64,000 bases of DNA, taken from assembly GCA_963813715.1 (NCBI GenBank), contig CAWFAK010000016.1, forward strand, positions 160,001 to 224,000, written 5' to 3'. Each line of letters begins with the position of its first letter. Position 1 is the first letter of the stretch. Source of the stretch: an uncultured Planctomycetaceae bacterium (GTDB lineage Bacteria; Planctomycetota; Planctomycetia; Planctomycetales; Planctomycetaceae). A program made the translations under genes and the position numbers. Positions 22,953-34,000 of this stretch are shown one piece after another. The notes under the pieces were generated by a model, which saw nothing but the letters and a program-made list of their open reading frames with translations, ran no database searches and was not told the origin of the DNA.

Positions 22953-23825
22953 TCATTTCCGACGACGTTTTGCGGCCGGCTTTGTCGAAGTCGGCACGGC
23001 TGGCGCCACGCTGCCGCCCATCGAGTCGAAGTCGGCCACCAGCTGGCTCCAGTCGAAACCGGCTGGCGCCTTGTTCGTGGCCTTATTGATCCCATCCTGG
23101 CTCACAACTGTGTAAAGTTCGCCGTGCGCGGCCCGCACTGCGTACTTGGCGATGGCTGCGTCGGTGATCAGCCCTAGCATACCCCAGCTGCCGATGGTCA
23201 CGCCTTTGGCAGTGTATCCCACACCAGCGACGCAATGACCATTATCCGGATTCGGCGGCCCGGCCGCGTCCCAGACGAAGCCGGAAGATGACGGCATGGG
23301 CTTCACCCACGCGTCCGGCAATTCGAGGCCGAAATAGAGATTCTCGAACAACCATAGGGCCGTGCGATATTCGTTCGGGTCGGCCGCGTTTACCGCAAGC
23401 CAGCCGGCGATTCTGTGCGTGCTGCCCGCGGGGGCGCCGTTGTTTTCCCAGTAGTTGAGAGCGGTCTGCTCATCGCATCCCTGGTCTGTGGAGGGATCCC
23501 CGGGGACATATCCTCCGATCGCGCTGTAGAGGGTGATGATTTCGCTGTTGCTATAGAGGAACGGTTTCGTTCCCGCGTTTCCCGTTAGCACGCCGACGAC
23601 GTGCGCCATCCCGGCGATGACGCAATCGCCAAGAGTGTCGTTCTCGTAGACCTTGGAGAGTGATGAAGAGGCCGATTTGGAGTAGTCGCACGTCGGGGGC
23701 GGAGCCGGCAGGCTGCGCATCAGGTAATTGCGCAGACTGAGGCGGGGGCACCGCGCTACGGGCCGCTTTCGCCCCATCTTGAAGGCCGGTTTCGATTCGT
23801 GCACGGGTGTGCGTCGGGAAGGCAT
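22953..23825 (-). CDS. Putative papain-like (C1-related) cysteine peptidase
   Basis: NDTLGDCVIAG (Cys), NGHCVAGVGY (His), GSWG; GGAG RBS before MPSRR. Confidence 0.7.
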   Translation of the reverse strand: MPSRRTPVHESKPAFKMGRKRPVARCPRLSLRNYLMRSLPAPPPTCDYSKSASSSLSKVYENDTLGDCVIAGMAHVVGVLTGNAGTKPFLYSNSEIITLYSAIGGYVPGDPSTDQGCDEQTALNYWENNGAPAGSTHRIAGWLAVNAADPNEYRTALWLFENLYFGLELPDAWVKPMPSSSGFVWDAAGPPNPDNGHCVAGVGYTAKGVTIGSWGMLGLITDAAIAKYAVRAAHGELYTVVSQDGINKATNKAPAGFDWSQLVADFDSMGGSVAPAVPTSTKPAAKRRRK

Positions 23826-24203
23826 GGCATTCTCCATGAAGGTTAAGGCGGCCTTCGCCTTTTGAGCGAAAGCAGACAACGGGAGCCGATGGCGGCTCTT
23901 TACGCTCTTGAAGGCTTCGACGAGATTGCGCAGAGTGGCCGGGTTCGCCAGCCGAGGTCCCATCGAGACCTGAGCCGGGATTTTGAGATGGGGTTTCCGA
24001 CGCCGTGTGGTGCCGCCGGTTAAACGCCCACAGTAACGCGAGCCGAGTGCTGAATCAAAGAGTTTCTTCGCGACGTCGCGCCGAACGACCGACTGGCGGC
24101 CGGTCGGACCGAAACTCGCGTATCCCTCTTGACACTCGTGAGCCGCGGATCAGCCTCCGGACTTCTGCGCCTGCAGCAGGCCTCGCACCGCTATTCGGCC
24201 GCG

Positions 24204-24280
24204 AAAAAAACTGGTGGGCTGCGGTCTCGGCGGCTTCTTCCGCCTTTGTCGCGCGGTCAGAGTGCGCGACCCCCAGCCTG
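24204..24280 (-). terminator. Possible branched terminator downstream of clpX
   Basis: Hairpins GUCGCGC/GCGCGAC and GGCGG/CCGCC followed by CCAG-U7. Confidence 0.35.
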
Positions 24281-24361
24281 GGTGCGCACCAAGCGGCGTC
24301 CGTGCGATCCCATCCGCCGCACAGCCGCTTCAATCGCGCTGCGCCGAGGCTTCGCTGCAGT

Positions 24362-25645
24362 TCAGGCGGCGGCCGAATCGTCCCGCGGGAAGAGCTTGGC
24401 CACGCCGCGGACAATCTCGGGCGTCACGACGTACTTGCGGCCCTGTTCTTCATCCGGCAGTGCGTACATCACGTCGAACAGCAGTTCGTCGACCACGCTC
24501 CGCAGGCCGCGGGCGCCCGTGTTCTTGGTCTTGGCGATCCGAGCGATCTCGGTGAGCGCCTCGGGCATGAACTCCAGCTCGGCGCTCTCCATCTCGAAGA
24601 ACTTCTTGTACTGCTTGACGAGCGAGTTCTTCGGATCGGTGAGGATGTGCACCAAGTCGTCGAGCTCCAGCGGCTGCAGCGGGCTGATGACCGGCAGACG
24701 GCCCACCAACTCGGGGATCATGCCGAATTCCAGGATGTCGTCGACCGCCACCTGGTTCAGCAGGCTGTGCTGGCGTTTCTCTGCCGAATTGACTCCCGCC
24801 TCCTGGCCGAAGCCGATCATCTTGCGGCCCATCCGCTTGCCGATGATCTCTTCCAGGCCCACGAACGTGCCGCCGCAGATGAACAGGATGTTCGTGGTGT
24901 CGACCTGAATGTACTGCTGCTCGGGGTGCTTGCGGCCGCCTTGGGGAGGCACGTTGGCGACCGTTCCCTCGAGCATCTTCAAGAGGGCCTGCTGCACGCC
25001 CTCGCCCGACACGTCCCGCGTGATGGAGACGTTCTGGCTCGTCTTTCCGATTTTGTCGATTTCGTCGATGAAGACGATGCCCCGCTGGGCCGCTTCGATA
25101 TCGAAGTCGGCCGCGTGCAACAGCTTAAGGAGCAGGTTCTCGACATCCTCGCCCACGTACCCGGCCTCGGTGAGGGTGGTGGCGTCGCCGATGGCGAAAG
25201 GCACCTGCAGGTACTTGGCCAGGGTCTTGGCGAGCAGGGTCTTGCCGCAGCCGGTGGGGCCGATCAGCAAGATGTTCGACTTTTCGATTTCGACGTCGTT
25301 CTCGACGTCCTCGTGCAGCATCAACCGCTTGTAGTGGTTGTGCACGGCGACGGCCAGAATCTTCTTGGAGATCGACTGGCCAATCACGTATTGATCGAGA
25401 TGGTTGACGATCTGGCGGGGAGTCGGAACGTTGGTGAAGAGTTTTTTGGGCGTGCCGCGTCGGCGCCGCTCCTGATCGAGGATCGACTGGCAGAGGTCGA
25501 TGCACTCGCCGCAAATGTAGACGTCTTCGGGACCCTCAACGAGCGGTCCGACGTCGCGGTAACTCTTGCGGCAGAAGGAGCAGTTGGCGTTCTTCTTGCC
25601 GGGTACGTTGCGCTTCCCAGAAGTGAAATCTTTACCGGAGGGCAT
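24362..25645 (-). CDS. clpX: ATP-dependent Clp protease ATP-binding subunit
   Basis: CSFC...ICGEC Zn domain, [22 protein letters not shown] loop, GARGLR. Confidence 0.98.
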   Translation of the reverse strand: MPSGKDFTSGKRNVPGKKNANCSFCRKSYRDVGPLVEGPEDVYICGECIDLCQSILDQERRRRGTPKKLFTNVPTPRQIVNHLDQYVIGQSISKKILAVAVHNHYKRLMLHEDVENDVEIEKSNILLIGPTGCGKTLLAKTLAKYLQVPFAIGDATTLTEAGYVGEDVENLLLKLLHAADFDIEAAQRGIVFIDEIDKIGKTSQNVSITRDVSGEGVQQALLKMLEGTVANVPPQGGRKHPEQQYIQVDTTNILFICGGTFVGLEEIIGKRMGRKMIGFGQEAGVNSAEKRQHSLLNQVAVDDILEFGMIPELVGRLPVISPLQPLELDDLVHILTDPKNSLVKQYKKFFEMESAELEFMPEALTEIARIAKTKNTGARGLRSVVDELLFDVMYALPDEEQGRKYVVTPEIVRGVAKLFPRDDSAAA

Positions 25646-25842
25646 TCGTCTTCCTTCAGCGTTGCCGATCGAGCCAGGAAAGTGAAGCGGACTACGAAAG
25701 CACCCAAACCCCCTCCGATCGGCAGGTCCCGTAGTGGAGCTTGCGATCGGATCCCGATTTAGCGAGCGTACCGGCGCGGCCGCTCACCCGACCATCCGCC
25801 TCCGTGCAAAAACTTCCCGTTTCTATCGGCATCCGCGACGCA

Positions 25843-26127
25843 TTAAACCTTGCCCTGGTTATCGCGCGCGGATTGATCGAGGGGTTCGATCAACTTGCTT
25901 TTGATGGATCGGAATTCTTCCTCGGACAGCCCACCCTCGCGATGCATTTCTCCCACCTGCATCAGCAATCGATGGTTGTCTTCGGCAGGATCCTCACTAT
26001 CGCGAAACCGTGCTCGAATACGGAATAAGAGCCAAGCGGCGACCGCGACGATGCCAAATAACGCCAGCCACCAGTACCAGCTGGCGCCGAAAATCCGAGA
26101 AAGCTCTTCGCGGTGGTCTCGCCCCAA
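25843..26127 (-). CDS. Small membrane protein with SHOCT-like C-terminus
   Basis: TM WYWWLALFGIVAVAAWLLF; MHREGGLSEEEFRSIKSKL; start codon uncertain. Confidence 0.7.
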   Translation of the reverse strand: MGRDHREELSRIFGASWYWWLALFGIVAVAAWLLFRIRARFRDSEDPAEDNHRLLMQVGEMHREGGLSEEEFRSIKSKLIEPLDQSARDNQGKV

Positions 26128-26704
26128 CGGCCCCCTCCCGGCCGCCAGCTAGCCCGTTCTGCGCCAGCCGTCGCGTTATTATCCGACAGCGGCGTGACTT
26201 AGGCAAGGCGCCTTCTTCGGCGCACGGCCGTCAATCCCGCGCGGCTTGCGCGGATTTCCACCTCCCCTTAGCAGCGGAGGCTCGGGACGGGCCGTGGCAG
26301 CACTTTCGTGCACTCACCGACCGCATCGAATGCAAAACGCGAGCCGAGGGCGCGGATTGTCGACGGTTCCTGGTCAGGACTGCGTCGACCGGCAAGGGCC
26401 GCCGAAAGATACTCGCGGATGAACGGCGTTTCTTCTCCCGGAGCCAGGGCAGCTGGACACGAAGCCGTCACAGGCGGCGTTCTCGAACGGGTTTCCCACA
26501 AACCAAAGCCTCCGCGCGCGATCCCTTTTGGGAAAGGCATTTGCAATCCTTGCAATTTTCGCCCTGGCGCCGGTGCTGGGCCTTCCTGGGAGTCCGGCCC
26601 CAATTTCAGTCCCAGCGGGGCCGAGCCGATAGACGAATTTCGCGAGTCGAAAAAAAGTGCCCTGTGCTCTAAAATTAGGGTTCACACCTTCTGCGGGTAG
26701 CGTG

Positions 26705-27190
26705 ATGGACTTTGAAAAACGGTTGGAGCGGGCCCTGAGTCGGGGGGCCAACACGCGCTCCAGCCAAGAGCAAATGCAAACCGATCGCAAGCTGTCCGAC
26801 GAACAGCTGCACACCGAGCATTCGCGCTGCCGGCTGGAACTCTCCGAGCAGATCGAATCGTGCCTGCGGAAGCTGGCCGACTTTATCCCGGGGTTTCGCT
26901 TCGAGACGATTGTCAGCGACGCCGGCTGGGGAGCCCGCGTCAGCCGTGACGACATCTCCCTGGTCCGCGGCCGCTCGGCCGGCACCGAATACAGCCGGCT
27001 GGAGGTTCTGGTCCGCCCGTTCAGCTCGGCCCATATTATTGAGCTGGTCGGCAAGGGGACGATCCGCAACAAAGAGCTCTTCCAGCGGACGCACTACCAG
27101 TTTCTCAACCAGGTCGACCTGCAATCGCTGCTGAACCTGGTCGACCTGTGGGTGCTGGAATACGCGGAAATGTACGCGGCCCGCTCGTAG
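26705..27190 (+). CDS. Hypothetical protein
   Basis: MDFEKRLERAL...WVLEYAEMYAARS; host-like codon usage; upstream TAAAAT. Confidence 0.8.
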   Translation: MDFEKRLERALSRGANTRSSQEQMQTDRKLSDEQLHTEHSRCRLELSEQIESCLRKLADFIPGFRFETIVSDAGWGARVSRDDISLVRGRSAGTEYSRLEVLVRPFSSAHIIELVGKGTIRNKELFQRTHYQFLNQVDLQSLLNLVDLWVLEYAEMYAARS

Positions 27191-27213
27191 CCCCAGCTGC
27201 GCATGTTCCGGGC

Positions 27214-27243
27214 GAGCGGCGGGTGTCAGCCCGCCGGTTTTTC
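27214..27243 (+). terminator. REP-like hairpin (copy 2) with T tail, likely terminator
   Basis: ggcggg tgtcag cccgcc gg ttttt, just after stop 27190. Confidence 0.6.
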
Positions 27244-27294
27244 TCTGTCTCTTTTTCTCTATCTTTCTTCGGCTTGCGCGCTTCCGCGTCACGT

Positions 27295-28741
27295 TCAGCG
27301 TACCGCCGCCGTCGCTTCCTCAATCGCGTCGATCGCCACATCGCACAGGCGGTCGATGAGTTCGGCGGGCATCGCCGGCGCGGGCATCAGAGACGACAAC
27401 GTCGCCGAGCGGTCGAAGGATCACGCCCCGCTTGCGCGCGGCCAGCGTCACCTGATGTCCCATGCGTTGCGCGGCCGGGAATGCCTCGTTGGTCGTCCGA
27501 TCGCGGACCAACTCGATGCCGACCATCGTCCCCTTCTGGCGAATGTCGCCGACGACGGGCGAGTTCTTGATCGCGCTGAGTCGAGCTTCGATCCGCTGGG
27601 CGTTGGCGCGCACGTTGTCGACGACCTGGTTCTCATCGATGAGTCGTAGAGAGGCAAGCGCTGCCGCACAGGCGAGCGCATTGCCCGTGTAAGTATGACC
27701 ATGGAAGAACGTCTTCCCCTCTTCTGGCCGTGCGAGGAAGGCGTTGTAGATTTCGTCGGTGGCCAGCGTCGCCGCAAGCGGTAAATAGCCGCCGGTCAGC
27801 CCTTTGGCCATGCACAAGAGGTCGGGAGAGACGTTTTCCTGTTCGCACGCGAAGAGCGTTCCCGTCCGCCCAAAGCCGACGGCCACTTCGTCGGCGATCA
27901 GCGGAATGCCGTGCTCGCGAGTGAGCGCCCGCACCCGCGCGAGATACCCGGGCGGATGCACGAGCATCCCTGCCGCGCCCTGGACGAGCGGCTCGATGAT
28001 GAAGCCAGCGGCCCGGTTGCGATTCTCGACAATCAGCCGCTCCAGCTCGGCAAAGCAGTGCTCCAGGTAGGCGGCCGGCGTGTACCCGGGGGGCGTGCGG
28101 AAAGCCACCGGCGAGGGAATCGTCACGGTTTGAAACAACAGATCACGATAAGCGGAATGGAACTGGGCAATGTTGCCGACGCTCACCGTGCCCAGCGTGT
28201 CCCCGTGGTAGGCACTGCCCAGGCACAAAAAGCGATCGCGCCGCGTGCCCTCAGCGCCGCCGGTCTTTTGGGCGTGATACTGATACGCGATCTTCAGGGC
28301 GACTTCGACCGCTGTTGCCCCGCTGTCGGAGTAAAAGACCTTCGTGAGCCCACGCGGTGCTCGGGCAACCAGCGCCCGGGCCAGCTCGATCGACGGGACA
28401 CTGGAAAGCCCCAGGAGCGTCGTGTGGGAAACGCGGTCGAGCTGCTCCCGAATCGCGCGATCGATTTCGGTCACTCGGTGTCCGTGGACGTTGCACCAGA
28501 GCGACGAGATGCCGTCGAGATACCGGCGTCCTTCGACGTCGATCAGGAAGAAGCCGTCGGCCGACTCGATGATCGGCGCCCCCTCGTCGCGGTAGGCGAG
28601 CATGGGAGTGAAGGGATGCCAGATGAACTGGTTGTCCCACTCGCGCAGCACGGACGCTTCGCGTGCACTCGCGGTCGCGTCGGTTTCGCCAGCGCGGCCG
28701 GTCTCAGCCGGGGAGCAAGTCTCGGATGGCGTCCCGCTCAC
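27295..28741 (-). CDS. bioA: Adenosylmethionine-8-amino-7-oxononanoate aminotransferase; one frameshift near 27390
   Basis: [62 protein letters not shown]-terminus LMPAPAM...AVR* in the shifted frame; start uncertain (28741 or 28651). Confidence 0.93.
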
Positions 28742-29696
28742 TGCGCAGCTCCGACAGGGTGACGTTGATCTTTTCGCGGGCGAAGTTGTTGTGTTCGATG
28801 CCCTGCGAAATCTTCCAGGTCTTGCCGTCGGTGGTGAGCGGGTAGCCGAAGATCAAGCCGGCATCGACGCCGTAAGCCCCGTCGCTGGCGACGGCCGCGC
28901 TGAAGATATCGCCGGCGGCCGTGGGCGTGATGATGCTCTTCACCGTGTCGAGGACGGCATTGGCGGCCGAGGCGGCACTCGAGGCTCCGCGGGCCTTGAT
29001 CACAGCCGCGCCTCGCTTCTGCACGCCTTCGACGAACGGCCCTTTGAGCCACGCCTCGTCTTTGATTGCATCGGTCGCCGGACGGCCGTTGATGGTTGCG
29101 TGATAAAAGTCGGGGAACTGCGTGGCGGAGTGATTGCCCCAAATCCCCACGTTTTTGACGGCCGCGACTTCGACTCCCGCCTTCCGCGCGAGCTGCGTCG
29201 CCGCCCGATTCTGGTCGAGCCGCGTCATCGCGAACCAGCGGTCCTTGGGAATTTTGGGCGCGTTGTGCATAGCGATCAGGCAATTCGTGTTGCACGGATT
29301 GCCGATCACCACCACCCGGACGTCCTGGGCGGCGGCCGCTTGAATAGCCTTGCCCGTGTTGGTGAAGATCGGGCCGTTGACGCGGATCAGGTCCTTCCGC
29401 TCCATGCCGTCTTTGCGGGGCACGCTGCCGACGCAGAGCACGAAATTGCAACCGCGGAAGCCGTCTTCGAGATGATCGCTGTCCGCTTTGACGACGCCTT
29501 CCAATGTTGGGAATGCACAGTCATCCAACTCCATCATCACGCCGTCAAGCGCCCCCATCACCGGCGGCACTTCGACCAGGTGCAAAATCACCGGCTGTTT
29601 CGATCCGAACACCTCGCCCGAGGCGATCCGAAAAATGAGCGCATAACCAATCTGCCCGGCCGCGCCGGTGACAGCCACACGAATGGGGGAAGTCAT
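28704..29696 (-). CDS. mdh: Malate dehydrogenase (type 2)
   Basis: [50 protein letters not shown]. Confidence 0.97.
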   Translation of the reverse strand: MTSPIRVAVTGAAGQIGYALIFRIASGEVFGSKQPVILHLVEVPPVMGALDGVMMELDDCAFPTLEGVVKADSDHLEDGFRGCNFVLCVGSVPRKDGMERKDLIRVNGPIFTNTGKAIQAAAAQDVRVVVIGNPCNTNCLIAMHNAPKIPKDRWFAMTRLDQNRAATQLARKAGVEVAAVKNVGIWGNHSATQFPDFYHATINGRPATDAIKDEAWLKGPFVEGVQKRGAAVIKARGASSAASAANAVLDTVKSIITPTAAGDIFSAAVASDGAYGVDAGLIFGYPLTTDGKTWKISQGIEHNNFAREKINVTLSELRSERDAIRDLLPG

Positions 29697-29858
29697 GGAA
29701 TCTTTCCGCTCGTCGCCAGAAAAGAATCGGTCGCCGCTGGCGGCAACCTCTCAGCATCTTTTAGCGTGTCAAATTATGCAGAGCAACCGAGGCGTTTTGG
29801 CGCCGCGCATCGATCCCTGGGCCCAGAGACAATCACTCGGGCGAGGCCCGGCCCGCTT

Positions 29859-30437
29859 TCATGGGGGCAGCGCCACTAGCAGAATGTTGGCGCGGTCATA
29901 AACGTCATCCGGATCAAGTGAGTCTACCTCGTTTGGTTTCTCCCAGAAGCGACCGTGACCCAACCAATGCCTTGCCTTCAGGCACTCGCGGTACTGCCCG
30001 ACGACGTGGTTGTTAATGACGTGCGCTTCTTTAAGGACTTCGAGGATCCCGCCTTCGTCAAAGTCGGGTCGCAGCTGCTTTTTCGCTGATAGCTTTGCAT
30101 GCCATTTCTGGTAGGCGCGCGACAGCGGGTCCTTAAGTTTTTCGCGAACGCGACGAAAAAAGTCGGATCTCACTGACGCCTCCGCGCTCGCGACAAGATT
30201 CAAAACTGTCAATCGATCGAGTTCTCGCCTGGCTCGGTCGTAGTGCGCATCGACATCGTCGTCTGTCATGCCGGCGAATCTGGGTAGCACATTTGCGCCG
30301 ACCTGAATGGCGTGCAACACCGATGCACGTTGATCGACAAGTGCCTCATTGAGCCCTCGATTCCAATCGCGGATCTCATCGAGGGTCTGCGGTTCCGCTG
30401 TTGCATGATTTGCGGGCGGAATTGGCATCGCGCTCAA
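29859..30437 (-). CDS. Hypothetical protein with HEPN-like motifs (candidate RNase toxin)
   Basis: Predicted all-helical, EASVR (Ex3R) and RHWLGH (Rx4H); TTGA overlap with the upstream gene. Confidence 0.65.
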   Translation of the reverse strand: MSAMPIPPANHATAEPQTLDEIRDWNRGLNEALVDQRASVLHAIQVGANVLPRFAGMTDDDVDAHYDRARRELDRLTVLNLVASAEASVRSDFFRRVREKLKDPLSRAYQKWHAKLSAKKQLRPDFDEGGILEVLKEAHVINNHVVGQYRECLKARHWLGHGRFWEKPNEVDSLDPDDVYDRANILLVALPP

Positions 30438-30892
30438 TCCCGCATGATGCCCTGCAGAACATCGGCGAGTGAGGACTCGTCAAGAGGTATGACGGATAGC
30501 TTTGGCTGGCGAGACTGAACGAACCCCCATCCCCCCGCCTGGGGCTGAAAGATCAGCATCGCCTCATTCTTTTCGCCGATCACATCGACCCGACCTTCTG
30601 CCCCGGCAATGTTCCTCCCACGGGGGGAGAATCGAACTTGCTCACTCCCAATGACCAAGACAAGGTCTTCGACCGAATAAGTTCCAATGTAGTTCTCGGT
30701 CAGAACCTTCGAGCGACGCGTCTCGCTGATTTCCTTCTTGCCAAGTGGCTCTGCCAGAATCGCACTGATTCGTTTGTAGAGGTCGTCGACAGCCTTCAAA
30801 TACTCGTCACGGCGTTTATCCCAATCAACTTGGGCAACCGCGCCCGATTGTTGGCGTTTCTTGGCGAGTAGGTTTGCGAGATTTTGATCCAT
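30434..30892 (-). CDS. Hypothetical protein, partner of the HEPN-like gene
   Basis: GGAG RBS, ATG 30892; VDWDKRRDEY...GTYSVEDL...GAEGRVDV; more AT-rich than flanks. Confidence 0.8.
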   Translation of the reverse strand: MDQNLANLLAKKRQQSGAVAQVDWDKRRDEYLKAVDDLYKRISAILAEPLGKKEISETRRSKVLTENYIGTYSVEDLVLVIGSEQVRFSPRGRNIAGAEGRVDVIGEKNEAMLIFQPQAGGWGFVQSRQPKLSVIPLDESSLADVLQGIMRD

Positions 30893-31027
30893 TGCCAAAA
30901 CTCCGAAGAGGACGACGTTCCTCCATTCCTATCGTAACTCTCTCGACGAGATCGAAAGGAAGGACATCGAGTTCGCCTGAATGCAGAATGGTGGCGGGCG
31001 CGGATGAAACAGCGTACGATTTATTCG

Positions 31028-34000
31028 TCAAACCGAAGGCTCCGCGTCGAACGGATTGTCATCGCCTGTCATCGGCGGCGGCTCAGGCTCGCGAACTGAC
31101 GCCGGCGCGGGGCGTGCGGCGGCTGGTGGTGACGGCGGCGAGGCGTGGCGAAATGTGGTCGCGACTTTGGAGACCCACTCGGCCGACGGCACGGCATACG
31201 GCCGCAGCTTTTCGGTCGTGCCGAGTTCGCGGAGGTACAAGAGCGCACGGTGGCCGCCCAGGCGGGAGGCCGCCGGCGAGTCGATCAGGCTGCTCGAGTC
31301 GGCGGAGTTCATTTGAAAGCCGATTCGCACCTCGAACTCGCGCAAGGTCGATTGCGTGATCCAGCGGGTGAGGTTGCTGTAGGTGTCGCACCAGACGATC
31401 GAGTGCACGTTGAGGCCCGGGCCGTCCTTGAAGATGTCTGCCAACTGGGCTCCGGCTTGCGGGCCGCGGGAGTCGTCGGTGCGGCCGAAGCCGAATTCGT
31501 CCTGCTCGTTGCGCAGGTCGCGGAAGCGGCTGTAATTCGAAAGGAACACGAAGATCGGCGGCTGGTCTTTGCCCGTCTCCTCTTTGCGGCGGGCGACTTC
31601 AGCGGCGATCATGGCGACGGTGGCGGCCGCTTCCTTCTGGCCAGCCCGGACGATGCGATGCGGCAGCTGTTCGACGATTTGCTTCCAGCGGGTTCCGTCG
31701 TCGGCATCGTTCGCGTCGCCGTCGAGCACGAAAAACTGGGCGGGTGAGGGATCGTCGGGACCGGCGGGCTTGATCTGGGCGGCTAGGGTGATCAGGGCGA
31801 CCATCATCATGCCCTGCGAAGCCGGCGCGTCCTGCCCAATGATCATCATGTTGTCGCCGGGACGCTGCGTGATGCCGATCCGCGTCGGCGGCTTGATCGA
31901 GACGGCTTCACCCAGCCAAAGCGATAAAGATTCTCGTCGGCGGGCCTCGCCGTTGAAGAGCGTGGAGAACCGATCGATCGCCTCGCCGATCGACTGGTTA
32001 TCCCGCGGGTCCGAGGCCAGGTTACCCTCGAACACGATGGCCGGATCGATGCGGAACTGCTTTTCCTCGGTCCGCTCTTGGATGATCCCCAAGAAGTGGT
32101 CGCGGCGCTCGTCGGGGAGCCAGGCGATCTGGAACGGGTGATTGCCTTCGGTGAGGCCGTTGGAGTCGTTGTAAATGGCTTCGCCGGGGCGGGTGAGCAG
32201 GCGGGCAGCGCCGTTCTCTTCGCTCAAGATCAGGTGCGCGTCGCTCTCGCTGCACTGCAGCGCGATCCGCACGCCGATCTGTCCCAGCGTGCTGCGGGCC
32301 AGCGAATACGCGCCGCCCAGAGTTTGCGAGCCCAGTAATACGTGCATGCCGAACGCACGGCCCTGGCGGACGAGCCGGTCGAGCAAGAGGTTGGCCGCCT
32401 GCGAAAGCTGATCATCCTCGACGAAGAATTCCTGGAACTCGTCGATGATCAGCAGGATTCGAGGCAGTTTCTTGTCTGGCTCGGCGTTGCGAAAACCCTT
32501 GATATCCTGCACGCCGACTTTACGGAACAGTTCGCCGCGCTCCTTGAGGATGCCGTCGAGCCGCTCGAGCACGCTGATGCCGAACTCGCGATCGCTCTCG
32601 ATGCCGATGATCCGCGCGTGGGGCATCGCGTGGCTGGCGTACGTTTTGAACTCGACGCCTTTCTTGAAGTCGACGAGATAGAACTGCATCTCGTCCGGCG
32701 CGTAGTGCAGACCGATGTTCACGATCAGCGTGTGTAAGAGCGACGATTTGCCCGAGCCCGTCTTGCCGGCGATCATCACGTGCTGCGACGTGCCGCTCCC
32801 CAGGTTGAGATGCTGCAGCTTGGTGGCGCCGGCGCGGCCGAGGGGGATGTCGACCCCGGCGCGGCTGTCCTGATGCCACAACTGGCCGTTCTTCGGGACG
32901 ATCCGCTCGAAGGCCACTTCGACGCGCCGCGCGTCCTTCGACAGCATACCGGACTTTCTCACGATCTCGGCAAAGTCGTTCGCTCGTGGGGGCGTCTCCA
33001 TTCGCACCGGGAAGTGGGCCAACACGGGGTCGCGGAGCACGAAGCGGCCGCCCGCCCAGTCGAACGTGGTCGCGGTCGCCTCGAGGTCGGACTTCTCGAA
33101 GCCGTGCGGCATCGCCTGTCGGCTATCCATGCTGAGCAACGTGTAAACGCCGCACTTGGGCCCGCTGCGGGCGATGCTCAACAGCCGCTGGGCCGCGCCG
33201 TCGCTGAAGCCGGAAGGAAAATTGGCGACGACCAGAAAGCGGTAGGGCTCGGCGACTTCGCCGGCTTGCTCGTTGTATTCCTCGATCGTTTCGTACTCGT
33301 TGCGGAGATACGCTTGAAAGACGTTCTCCATGTGCTCGGAGAGCTCCGTCAGCTTTTCTTCGATGTCGTGCTTTTCGGTCCAGATCCGCTTGGTGATGAT
33401 GAGTTCGTCGTAGTCCGCCAGATGGCTGAAGACGGAAAGCGCCTGCCCGCGGTCGGCCCCGTCGATCATCGTGAAACGGATCTTGCCGCCGGGCAGCGAC
33501 GTCAACAGCCGCAGCATCACTGACTTGATTCCCTCGACGGCGACGTCCCGCCCTTCCCCCTGACATTCCCAGAGCATCGACGCGTGCCCGGGGAACGGCA
33601 GCACGAACGGGACCGCGATCCGCGCCGGATCCGGCTTGAGCGCGGGATCCTCCGACAGGCCGTCGGGAATCTTGGCGAAGTCGACCTCGTAGCTACCGAC
33701 GCGGATCGGCACGCGGACTTCCGTCGGCAGTTTCCAGTCGGCCTCGAGGAACTTGTTCCAGTGCGGCGAGGTCTGGTCGCATTCCTCGCGCCGCTCGGCG
33801 GCCATTTGGAAGAACTTGCTGGTCGCGCCCCGCCACTTTTCGGCCAGCGCTCCGCGGGCCTCCGCCTCGCGCGCCCGCCGCTGCGATGTCTGCTCGGACG
33901 TTTTGCGTCGGGCCGACTCCTGAGTCATTCGGCGTCCGCCGGTCACCTCGCCTTTTTTCTTGCCGAAATCGTCGTCGAGCGCGCCGAGTGCTGCTTCGCG

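Noticed and set aside
26130..26700. ncRNA or small ORF in the 570-bp intergenic region (likewise 23830-24200 and 48280-48660)
   Set aside because: No recognisable RNA motif, tRNA fold or credible coding signal
28704..28741. 38-bp mdh/bioA overlap as a special feature
   Set aside because: Depends on an uncertain GTG start; a downstream GTG at 28651 removes the overlap
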